Positions 9,331-17,774 of a stretch of 20,000 nt of DNA are shown here, in pieces (the first letter of the stretch is position 1; each line of letters starts with the position of its first letter). The notes below the pieces were generated by a model. That model saw only the letters and a program-made list of their open reading frames with translations, did not search any database and was not told where the DNA came from. The position numbers and the translations under genes are program-made. The stretch is from an uncultured virus (IMG/VR IMGVR_UViG_3300033153_001312) (taxonomy: Duplodnaviria > Heunggongvirae > Uroviricota > Caudoviricetes > Crassvirales): IMG/VR virus record IMGVR_UViG_3300033153_001312; one strand, given 5' to 3'.

Positions 9331-10202
9331 TTATGGAGTATTGGTACTCCAAGTTGGTGTATTGACTCCTGATCCAGTAAATGAATTGGTAGAACTATCT
9401 GCGTAAGAAGTCCCTGTTCCTTCATTAAATCTCCACCATGCTATTAGGTTAGCTGACTGATTATAATTACCTGAATCTGTACTTAAATCTATTGGAGATC
9501 CTGAATTATAAATAGCTGATATATTAGTAGCGTTAAGTGCTGAAGAAAATACTGCCATATTGTTTAACTCGCCATCAAAAAAGTTAACATTACTATTTCT
9601 TCTCCACACTCCTAAACTTGAATTACCATTGTATGCTAAAGTAACTGTTTGAAGTCCTGACTTAACATAAGTGCTTGGATTTACTACAGAACCATTTTTA
9701 TAAATACGCCATTCGTCTCTATCTTGTGTAGAACCCATGCTGCCTGATGGTATAACAATAGCTAAGTGGAATTAGCTGTTCTTATAGTATTTCTGTTATT
9801 ACTACCTGCACCTGCAAAACCTTGATTTAATCCCATAACATGAAATACTAAAGCTCCATTTCCGTTAACCACCATTTTTAATCCATAGTAATTATTAGTA
9901 CAACAATTTCCTAAATCATAAATAAAATCTCCACCACCCGTACCAAGAGTGTCTATGTATACCCAAGCTGTTAAAGTCAGTCCACTACTATTAATAGAAG
10001 CTTGAGATGGATTTAATACCGATGAAGTTTGATTTCCTAAATCAATATATTGAGAACTACCATTTAACTCTACAGAATAATCTACTGTAAAACTTGCAGG
10101 AGTTTCAATAGTATTAATTTTTTCTATACTTGTTAAATTAACCGAATCAACCTTATTGATAGCGGTTGTGGCTATAGTATTTAATTTAGATATAGTAGCC
10201 AT
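9331..10202 (-). pseudogene. LamG/concanavalin A-like lectin-domain virion protein, split by a frameshift into ORFs 9762-10202 and 9331-9738
   Basis: N-half: YSVELNGSSQYIDLG...LTLTAWVY. C-half in the -1 frame: HLAIV...WRIYKNG...FDGELNNMAVFSSAL...LIAWWRFNEGTGT. Together these make one LamG-like domain. The frame switch is at about 9762-9771. Confidence 0.75.
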
Positions 10203-10203
10203 A

Positions 10204-13086
10204 TTATGATAGCTCTATAAATGTATTGTCAGGATGGAAAAATATTTGACCGTTAGTTGCGTCTAACTGTGTACCTACAATTCTTACAAACTTACCTGTT
10301 CCAGATGGCGGCTCATGTGTTACTACTCCCGAGCTTGCACTTTCTATATATAAAGGTGATCCCCCAGATGAACCTGTTGAAACATAACTTAAAGTATAAA
10401 TACCTCTGGTTAACATACCAGCTGAAACTGAAGTTCCAAGTGCTATAGCTAATAATCCTGCTGTTTTACTTTGAGAATTTGCTTGAGCAGCAGCCCATTC
10501 AGCATCAGGTGTAGTTAGAACATATAGTTTTCCTTGAGTTAAGGTTCCTGATGCAGATCCAAAATAAACTACTTCACCTTGATAAGAGTAATCTGTGTTG
10601 TCAGTTAAATCTAATTGAGTATTAGCATTCCAAGTTCCACTTGTAACTCCTCCACCAGTGGCTGAAGATACTTTTGTTCCTGTTATCTGTCCTTGGTTTA
10701 GGTTTACTATTGGTGTTGTTGAAGCTGTACCCGAAATAAAAAGTGGAAATCCTGCCGCACCACCACTATTCGGGTTGGCTGCACTAACTGAAGTTACCGT
10801 ACCAGTATTTGTTGTATACCCTGCTCCGTTTGTTAATTGATTGTTATTAGTAATAGTATTTGTTATGGTAATACTTCCTGAAGAAGTTATCGGTGAGCCA
10901 GACACACTTATTCCTGTACCTGCTGTTATTCCTACCGAAGTAACCGTACCTTGAGGTGCAAGAGCTGTTATTTCTTGTATTTCATATGTTCGTGTTTCAC
11001 CTGATGCTGACGAATCTCTACCTACCATGATAAAATCGTTTTCATCTATTGACCCTGTACCTCCTGGACAGTCAGCAATTAATCCATTTGAACCATAGTC
11101 TACGGATACAGTTCCTGTACTTGTTATTGTTCCACCAGTTAGTCCACTTCCTGTAGCTACTGAAGTTACTCCTGCTGGCGGTATAGTTGGGAAAGTAGCT
11201 AAACCTCCGTCTCCTCTTACATATTGAGATGAAGTTCCTGCACCTGCTATTGTAAATGTCCCCGTTGTTGTTATAGGTGACCCCGAAACTGTAAAGGCCG
11301 ATGGAACAGCTAAGCCAACACTAACAACTGTACCTGATGCCTGTGAATTTATAGTTATATTATTTCCTGAACGATGTGTTGTTATATTTGAACCTCCAAT
11401 TATATCTATAGCATCACCATTAGCTATTGTTGCCGCACCACCAGTGTCAGCCTCAATAGTGAAATTAGTCATTTTATTATTGAAAGTTGTAAAATTTCCT
11501 GATGTTAAATATCCGTCAACCGAAGTAGTTGCCGCAGCCATAGAAATAGCAGGAGTTGTTCCTCCTGAAGAAACTACAGGTGCAGTACCCGTAACACTTG
11601 TAACTGTTCCTGTATTTGTGGTGTAACCCGCACCGTTTGTTATCTGATTGTTATTAATGTTAAAAGTTACGTTAGAAAGGCCAAGTCTTGAAAGGGTTAC
11701 TACTCCTGATGATATACCACCACCAGTAACATAATTATTTGTGTCAGTTGGAATAGATGGGAATGCTACTAAATCACCCTCACCATTTACATATTGAGAT
11801 GATGTTCCTTGCCACACTCCTGTCATAGTACCAGACCCTGTAACTGAATTTGATGCTACGTTTAACGAGTTACCATCAGTTTTAAAGTTTACACTTGTTA
11901 CTCCTACTGATGGCATTGTTACAGTTTTTGTATTTACATCTGTTACGTGACCAGTAGCATTAGTTGTCATTGAGTCTATAACAGCAAATGTACCTGCTGA
12001 ACCAGGAGATGCAGAACTTGTTGTATCAGTTCTTGTTGTAGCATCGTGATTTACTGTTAAGGTTCTTGATGACTCAGATGTTGTTATATAAGTTCCTCCT
12101 GCAACATCCATTGTTTGTCCGTCTGATACAGATGAACTACCTGAATCACCTTGAATTGTCCATGAAGACATTGATCCGCCTCCCCCCGTTGCAGCTATTG
12201 TTATTGTTCCACTACTATTTGTTGTTGTTATACCTGAACCAGCGGCTATTGTTATAGTTCCGTTATTTGATATTGTTGTACTACCACCTGAAGTTCCTGC
12301 AACTGCTATTCCATCAAAAGGTTTAGAATTTGTTATTGTTACGGTTCTTGAGCTTTCAGCAGTAGTAATACCTGTTCCTCCTGCAATATCTACTGTATTT
12401 CCACTTGATACTGTTGAGCTTCCTGAATCACCTTGTATGGTAAAATTAGACATTTTTCCATTAAATGTTGACCAATCTGATGATGATAAAGCACCTCTAT
12501 TAGCTGATGAAGCAGTAGGAACATTTAAAGTTATTACAGGGGTAGAGGTAGAGTTTGCTACTGAACTGGATAAGTCGGTTCCAGATGTTCCTAATGTTAA
12601 TGCCGCAACGCTTGTTACTGTTCCTGATCCTGCACCAATATCAGAAAGTACCTCAGCTCCTGTTCTGTACTTAACTACTCCTCCGTCACTAACTAAAAAC
12701 TTATCAGTATCACTGGTAGCATTATTTATAGTGCTTATGTCTAATTGACCAGTTATGTCAACTCCACTTGATGTTGTTAATAATCTATTTGTAACCCCAT
12801 TGTTAACGTGGTTAAGTGCAACTGCACCACCAGTAAAAGAAGCTAAAAGTCCATTAGCTGCGTGACCAGGAGATATTTCTTGACCTATGATCAATCCACC
12901 AGTATTGATACTCATAAGTTGATACTGATTCTCAAAATCCCAGTTACCTGAACCTGAATTACAACTCGCATGAGCTGTCCACTTAATGTACGGAAATCCT
13001 GTATATGAACCGCTACCATAGCAGACGTTACCAAATTGAACCTTTACATCATCGCCATAGATATTGTCAGATAAAAAAAGTGCCAT
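10204..13086 (-). CDS. Fibre protein (960 aa)
   Basis: G/S/T-rich with GTVTSV repeats, (W/F)TIxGDSG...VDIAGGTGITT modules and a duplicated NNNQxTNGAGYTTNTGTVTSV. C-terminal globular domain (GKLYVL...GLLAIALG...FVRIVG...FFHPDNTFIEL). Confidence 0.8.
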   Translation of the reverse strand: MALFLSDNIYGDDVKVQFGNVCYGSGSYTGFPYIKWTAHASCNSGSGNWDFENQYQLMSINTGGLIIGQEISPGHAANGLLASFTGGAVALNHVNNGVTNRLLTTSSGVDITGQLDISTINNATSDTDKFLVSDGGVVKYRTGAEVLSDIGAGSGTVTSVAALTLGTSGTDLSSSVANSTSTPVITLNVPTASSANRGALSSSDWSTFNGKMSNFTIQGDSGSSTVSSGNTVDIAGGTGITTAESSRTVTITNSKPFDGIAVAGTSGGSTTISNNGTITIAAGSGITTTNSSGTITIAATGGGGSMSSWTIQGDSGSSSVSDGQTMDVAGGTYITTSESSRTLTVNHDATTRTDTTSSASPGSAGTFAVIDSMTTNATGHVTDVNTKTVTMPSVGVTSVNFKTDGNSLNVASNSVTGSGTMTGVWQGTSSQYVNGEGDLVAFPSIPTDTNNYVTGGGISSGVVTLSRLGLSNVTFNINNNQITNGAGYTTNTGTVTSVTGTAPVVSSGGTTPAISMAAATTSVDGYLTSGNFTTFNNKMTNFTIEADTGGAATIANGDAIDIIGGSNITTHRSGNNITINSQASGTVVSVGLAVPSAFTVSGSPITTTGTFTIAGAGTSSQYVRGDGGLATFPTIPPAGVTSVATGSGLTGGTITSTGTVSVDYGSNGLIADCPGGTGSIDENDFIMVGRDSSASGETRTYEIQEITALAPQGTVTSVGITAGTGISVSGSPITSSGSITITNTITNNNQLTNGAGYTTNTGTVTSVSAANPNSGGAAGFPLFISGTASTTPIVNLNQGQITGTKVSSATGGGVTSGTWNANTQLDLTDNTDYSYQGEVVYFGSASGTLTQGKLYVLTTPDAEWAAAQANSQSKTAGLLAIALGTSVSAGMLTRGIYTLSYVSTGSSGGSPLYIESASSGVVTHEPPSGTGKFVRIVGTQLDATNGQIFFHPDNTFIELS

Positions 13087-14813
13087 AAAAATAGATTTTT
13101 ACAAATATACGAATTTAAATAAAAGCGTTTTGCTAATATTTAAACTCGTATATGTAATTTTTACTAAAGTATTTCAGTAATTAGTACTCTTGCCTCATTA
13201 GTATCTAAAGGTTCTACTGTACTAAGAGTAATTTGTGATGTAGAAGTTCTATCAACTTGAACACTTATATTGTCATAAGGAGATTCGTTACGGTAAACTT
13301 GCACCATAACATCTCTTGTTCCTAAATTATGAGTAATTGCATAAGAAGTTGCTGAATTATTACCTATGTTAGCTACAAAATTATGATTATCACCAATACA
13401 CGTTGTTACAGCAGAACAGAAATCTGTAATTTGTGATGCTGGAATTGCAATTGTATTTTCAGACATTGCAGTAACAAATCCTTTTGCATCAACTGTTGCA
13501 TTTAATGATTTAGTTACACCACCGTATGATGCGGCTGATACTCCTGAATTATCTATTGTTACAAATCCATTTGCTGTTACACCAAAGTTTGCCGAATCAA
13601 ATCCTGCGACCCCTTTATTAGTAGCACCGTCAGTTGCTCCTGCTCCTGCAATGTTTTCATCAGCTATTACAATAGTATAATCTGATTTAGAAGGAGAAGA
13701 ACTTGCTGCAATATTACTATTAGCAAATATAAAGTCTCCAGGTTCAAGTTGTGTACTAAAGAAAGCATTACCTGCTACACTTACTACATAGAAGTCACCT
13801 TGAGTTAACGCTACGTTAGATGCTCCCGATAAAGCAGGTGAGTTAGTGTTGGCATTATAAGCTCCTTGAAAAGCTCCAACTCCTGCAACTTGTGATAATA
13901 CATATCCTTTAGATGCTGCATCTGTTGATGCAGAAGGTGTTGCTGGTACAGTTAATTGACCTGCAACAGCTGATTGACCTGTGCTTGTTACATTTAATGC
14001 TCCTGTTGATTCTATTCCTCCACTCCCTACATTTAAACTTGACTGAATAGTTACATTACTTGGTAAACCAATAGTAATATCTCCACCATTTCCTGTTGAT
14101 GGTGTAGTAATTTCTATTTCAGAAGTTGTTCCTGAGAATTTAGCTGTCGTTGTAGAACCACCTGAAGAACCAACTAAAGATAATGTGGATTCGTTTGATG
14201 ACACCGCACCAACACTTAATGCATAATTAGCATCTGTATTAGTAGATGTGTTAGTTATTGTTACTGATCCTGTAGAAGCACTTACGCTAATACCTGTACC
14301 GCCTGTTAACGCAGTTACACCCGTGTTGGATATAGTAACATTTCCAGTTGCTCCACTTACTCCGATACCTGTTCCTGCAACATTACTTAAAACTCCTGAG
14401 TTAGTAATTGTTAAGTCATCGGTTGCTCCTACTGCAGTTGTTATACCTGAACCTCCAATAAAAGTTGCTGTATTACCAGATGCTATTGTTTGTGCAGATC
14501 CCGAATCTCCATCTAAAGTCCAACCTGCGTATACAGTTGGAGAAGTTGGCATAGTAACTGTTTTAACATTAATAGCTGTTAAGTGACCAGTTGCATTTGT
14601 GGATACACTATCAACTACGCTAAAAGTTCCTGCTGACCCAGGAGATGATGAACTTGTTGTGTCACTTCTTGATGTTGAATCGTGAGTAAGAGTTACAGTT
14701 CTTGTTCCTCCAACTGCACCTGTAATATATGTACCACCAACTATATCTACTGTTTGTCCATTTGTTACTGATTGATCAGTTCCCGATGTTGATCCAATCT
14801 TCCAAGAAGACAT
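11911..14813 (-). repeat. Paralogous block of about 88 aa shared by the 960-aa gene (about 11911-12171) and the 881-aa gene (about 14547-14813)
   Basis: MSSW...GQT.D..GGTYIT...HD.T.R.DTTSS.SPGSAGTF.V.DS..TNATGH.T..N.KTVTMP occurs in both proteins. Confidence 0.9.
13101..13113 (-). promoter_or_regulatory. Bacteroidota -7 element (TATATTTG)
   Basis: Minus strand TTCGTATATTTGT (core 13102-13109), in the intergenic gap 15 nt upstream of the ATG at 13086. Confidence 0.7.
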
Positions 14814-15809
14814 TGAACCTGAAGAACCACTGGATGCTGCAGTAATACGTCCTTGTTGGTCAACCGTAATACTTGCTAAGGTATATGAACCTGGTGTTAC
14901 AGCTGTGTCATCAAGAGTAATAGTTAAATCATCAGTTGCACTTGCAGCTGTTGTTAAACCAGTACCACCAACAAATGTTGCAGTGTTTCCATTAGTTATA
15001 CTTTGTGAACCACTGTCTCCAGCTAAAGTCCAAGAATCCATAGAACCTGTTCCACCTGTATAAGCAATAGTAACCGCACCTGTAGCACCTGATACACTAA
15101 TATTTGACCCCGCAACTGCAGAAGTTACCCCCGTGTTTGTTAAAGTCATTCCTGTTGCAGTTGTAGCTGAAGAAATTCCCGTTCCTCCCGCTATATCTAC
15201 TGTAGTTCCGTCAGTAACCGTTAAGTTTGTTCCCGAATCACCTTGAAGTGTCCACGAAGTATATCCTCCTGGAATAGATGCCCAAACATTATCACCTCTT
15301 AAGAACGTAGAACTACTTGGAGTACCAGTTGCAGATAAATCTATAGTACCCATAGTTACAGCACCAGTTGCTGCTGAGTTAGCTGTTCCTGCCGAAACAA
15401 ATGTTCCGTTTGCATTAGTAAATGAAGTTACACCTAATGTTGCTGTACCACTTGATGCTGCAGTAATAATACCTTGAGCATTTACTGTTATACTTGCATG
15501 AGTATAAGAAGTTGCAGTTACTCCAGAATTTGGCATATTAACTGATATCGTTCCACTACTTGTTATAGGTGAACTACCAATTGTCAAGTAATTACTTGAA
15601 ACACCTACCGAAGTTACAGAACCACCTGTACTTAATTCTTCCCAAGAATTTGATCCTTTGTGTAAATAAAGCTCATTTGTATCTGTTTTATATATTAACT
15701 GACCTTCTCCTGATAAACTTGAAGGAAGTGTACCTGTTAAGTTTTGTACCTTAAAGTTTGTTAACTGAGTATTATTTAAGGATACGTCTTGTAAAAAATT
15801 AATTGCCAT
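13164..15809 (-). CDS. Fibre protein (881 aa)
   Basis: N-terminus MAINFL...EGQLIYKTD. Contains SYTxASITVxxQGxITAASSG repeats, four WxxxG(D/S)-type modules and a TDAASKGYV neck-like motif. C-terminal THNLGTRDVMVQVY domain. Confidence 0.8.
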   Translation of the reverse strand: MAINFLQDVSLNNTQLTNFKVQNLTGTLPSSLSGEGQLIYKTDTNELYLHKGSNSWEELSTGGSVTSVGVSSNYLTIGSSPITSSGTISVNMPNSGVTATSYTHASITVNAQGIITAASSGTATLGVTSFTNANGTFVSAGTANSAATGAVTMGTIDLSATGTPSSSTFLRGDNVWASIPGGYTSWTLQGDSGTNLTVTDGTTVDIAGGTGISSATTATGMTLTNTGVTSAVAGSNISVSGATGAVTIAYTGGTGSMDSWTLAGDSGSQSITNGNTATFVGGTGLTTAASATDDLTITLDDTAVTPGSYTLASITVDQQGRITAASSGSSGSMSSWKIGSTSGTDQSVTNGQTVDIVGGTYITGAVGGTRTVTLTHDSTSRSDTTSSSSPGSAGTFSVVDSVSTNATGHLTAINVKTVTMPTSPTVYAGWTLDGDSGSAQTIASGNTATFIGGSGITTAVGATDDLTITNSGVLSNVAGTGIGVSGATGNVTISNTGVTALTGGTGISVSASTGSVTITNTSTNTDANYALSVGAVSSNESTLSLVGSSGGSTTTAKFSGTTSEIEITTPSTGNGGDITIGLPSNVTIQSSLNVGSGGIESTGALNVTSTGQSAVAGQLTVPATPSASTDAASKGYVLSQVAGVGAFQGAYNANTNSPALSGASNVALTQGDFYVVSVAGNAFFSTQLEPGDFIFANSNIAASSSPSKSDYTIVIADENIAGAGATDGATNKGVAGFDSANFGVTANGFVTIDNSGVSAASYGGVTKSLNATVDAKGFVTAMSENTIAIPASQITDFCSAVTTCIGDNHNFVANIGNNSATSYAITHNLGTRDVMVQVYRNESPYDNISVQVDRTSTSQITLSTVEPLDTNEARVLITEIL

Positions 15810-15829
15810 GTCGTTTCTGTTTTTTTATA

Positions 15830-16222
15830 TTAAAATTTATAGGTTAAACTTAATTTAAGTTCACCCTCACTGTCTTCGGATTCCATATCCATTAAATATG
15901 ATGGTTCAATGTATAAATTATTCCATACATTTAATGCATAACCTACTCCTAAAGAAATTTCTTCTTCTTCAGTCATTAGTCCGTATGCATATAAATGTTC
16001 ACCAAAAGAATATCTTGCTACTAAATTATAATCATCCCCATTCATCATTATACCTGCACTTATTTTATCCATAGAATACATTACTCCTATGTTGTCTGTT
16101 AAATTATCTAAACTTATTTCTTCACCTTCAGCTGGTGAACTTACCATACTTGTTACCATAAATTGTGCTGAAGCTACTGATGTAAATAAACTTAATAATA
16201 CTACTAATAATATATTTTTCAT
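15830..16222 (-). CDS. Secreted small outer-membrane beta-barrel-like protein
   Basis: Sec signal MKNILLVVLLSLFTSVASA|Q, alternating amphipathic strands (ISLGVGYAL, LYIEPSY), and a C-terminal beta-signal-like LKLSLTYKF ending in Phe. Confidence 0.7.
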   Translation of the reverse strand: MKNILLVVLLSLFTSVASAQFMVTSMVSSPAEGEEISLDNLTDNIGVMYSMDKISAGIMMNGDDYNLVARYSFGEHLYAYGLMTEEEEISLGVGYALNVWNNLYIEPSYLMDMESEDSEGELKLSLTYKF

Positions 16223-16234
16223 TTTTTTGTTTTT

Positions 16235-16954
16235 TTAGTTTAAGTATGCTTTTCCATTAGTTGGATCAGCAAATGTTATTGTTACTTGATTCAAAGAATC
16301 ATATTGTACATCACCGTAAACGGTTATATTAGCGTTATTGACTACACTTACTGATGGGTATTTATTTAATCCATGATTTACCACCCAAGGGTTTGCATTT
16401 GTTGCTTGAGTGAACACATAATTTTTATCACCAGCAGTTTGTCCATACGTCAGCAAAGATATAAAATAATCTTTGTTGTTTATTAAGCTACCTGACCCTA
16501 CTAAAGAGGTAAGTCCAATATCATAAAAAGTAGGTTCGGCACTGTCTTGACTTACGCTTGTAAAGGTAAATAACCCAAAACTTGATGGATCATCACATTG
16601 AGAAATTAACACAGAAGAGTTTAATAAAGGTACTGAATAATAAGAAGATACGTCTACTGAAGAGTTTAACGTAAATTGACTTAACATAAAAGTAGTAAGA
16701 CTTGTAAAATTAGGATTACCTGCGTCTGATGTTGCAAAAGAGATAGAACCGTTATTTCTTGTTTCTCCTGTTTTCCAATTTTGATATCTATACCTTAATG
16801 CATTTACCTCTATTTTGTTAAAGGTATTTAGAAATATCGCAACATCATTAGCTGTAAAGTTTTTTGTTGCATCAGCATTTGCAGCATCTGTCCCAATCCA
16901 TTTGTCTGCACCCAGAATTACACTTTGTATTGGATACGATGCTATTTTTGCCAT
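16235..16954 (-). CDS. Virion structural/fibre adaptor protein (239 aa)
   Basis: N-terminus resembles that of the 1559-aa fibre (MAKI..YP..D..IGTD..T..F). C-terminal WVVNHGLNKYPSVSVV...VTITF...GKAYLN domain resembles the 881-aa C-terminus. Confidence 0.65.
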   Translation of the reverse strand: MAKIASYPIQSVILGADKWIGTDAANADATKNFTANDVAIFLNTFNKIEVNALRYRYQNWKTGETRNNGSISFATSDAGNPNFTSLTTFMLSQFTLNSSVDVSSYYSVPLLNSSVLISQCDDPSSFGLFTFTSVSQDSAEPTFYDIGLTSLVGSGSLINNKDYFISLLTYGQTAGDKNYVFTQATNANPWVVNHGLNKYPSVSVVNNANITVYGDVQYDSLNQVTITFADPTNGKAYLN

Positions 16955-17358
16955 TACTTATTTTTTATTTTAGTTCCTTTTTCATATGAACGACCACCGA
17001 AGTAGGCCGCAACAGTTGTCATAAGTAAAAGTTTTAATAATTCCTTCCACTCATCATCTACTACAAAGGTAGTAAAACTTGAATCAATAAAAATAAGCAC
17101 GGTTGTACAGAAAATTAAAAAAATTAATACAGCTGGTCTTACTGATTTAGACAAAGCATTATCAGATGTCATATCACTATTCCATCTTTCACTAATATTT
17201 TTTTGTTCGTCAGCAACTGCATTATTAAAAACGTCTAACATTGCTTTTTTTGCTTCTATTTTTTCATCTGGTGTGTGAACAAAGCGATCAACCACGTCAC
17301 TAACCTTGTTAGCCACGTCAATTCCTTTGTTTCCGAGAATTTTTGCCCATATATTCAT
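16954..17358 (-). CDS. Holin, GTA-type 3TM family-like
   Basis: Motifs RWxSDMxSDxxLSKxVRP, hydrophobic segments and YFGGRSYEK. Adjacent to the endolysin. Confidence 0.8.
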   Translation of the reverse strand: MNIWAKILGNKGIDVANKVSDVVDRFVHTPDEKIEAKKAMLDVFNNAVADEQKNISERWNSDMTSDNALSKSVRPAVLIFLIFCTTVLIFIDSSFTTFVVDDEWKELLKLLLMTTVAAYFGGRSYEKGTKIKNK

Positions 17359-17771
17359 TTTATATCTTTATATTCTTCTTTTGCATCAAAACTTGGACAC
17401 ATTTTTGAGGAAAAATCACAATGTCCGTAAATTATAGCTTCTTTATGTGCTTTTTTTAACATTTTTAGCAAAATAATTAATGATTCTTTTTGTTTTTCTG
17501 TTCTTGTGTCTTCCCATTCTGTCATTTCTTTATCCATCCCTCCAATATAACAAATTCCTATGCTATCATAGTTGTGACTTGCAACGTGTGCTCCATATTT
17601 ATCCACCATTCGGCCATATTCTATTGAGCCATCAAGTCTAATAACAAAATGATATCCAATATCATCCCATCCATTTCCTTTTACGTGCCAATCACGTATA
17701 TCTTCTGCTGAAAAATCTTTATTGCGTGGAGTAGCCGAACAATGAACAATAATTTTTTTTATTGCTCTCAT
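17355..17771 (-). CDS. Endolysin, N-acetylmuramoyl-L-alanine amidase (Amidase_2, T7 lysozyme-like)
   Basis: IIVHCSAT, GWDDIGYHFVI, GAHV, SIGICYIGG and GH...KMCPSFD. The His/His/Cys zinc ligands are present. Confidence 0.93.
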   Translation of the reverse strand: MRAIKKIIVHCSATPRNKDFSAEDIRDWHVKGNGWDDIGYHFVIRLDGSIEYGRMVDKYGAHVASHNYDSIGICYIGGMDKEMTEWEDTRTEKQKESLIILLKMLKKAHKEAIIYGHCDFSSKMCPSFDAKEEYKDIK

Positions 17772-17774
17772 TCA

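Noticed and set aside
9680..9764. Amber (TAG) recoding as an explanation for the LamG split, as in some crAss-like phages
   Set aside because: Readthrough stays in the wrong frame and reaches TAG TAA after about 25 codons. TAG also ends other genes normally (3080, 13164).
9762..9776. Programmed -1 ribosomal frameshift
   Set aside because: No X XXY YYZ heptamer, a very short overlap window, and the conserved Trp and linker would still be missing. Not strictly excluded.
6682..15754. Plus-strand ORFs within the fibre region (for example 6682-7089, 12437-12748, 14248-14586)
   Set aside because: V/P-rich or low-complexity mirror translations caused by Gly/Thr/Ser codon bias on the coding strand.
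4296..15809. Diversity-generating retroelement or invertase-based fibre switching
   Set aside because: No reverse transcriptase or recombinase in the window. The repeats seen are coding, same-orientation and synonymously diverged rather than adenine-specific.
4296..15809. Higher GC of the fibre region as evidence of horizontal acquisition
   Set aside because: Explained by Gly/Ala/Thr/Ser-rich composition. Third codon positions still look A/T-rich.
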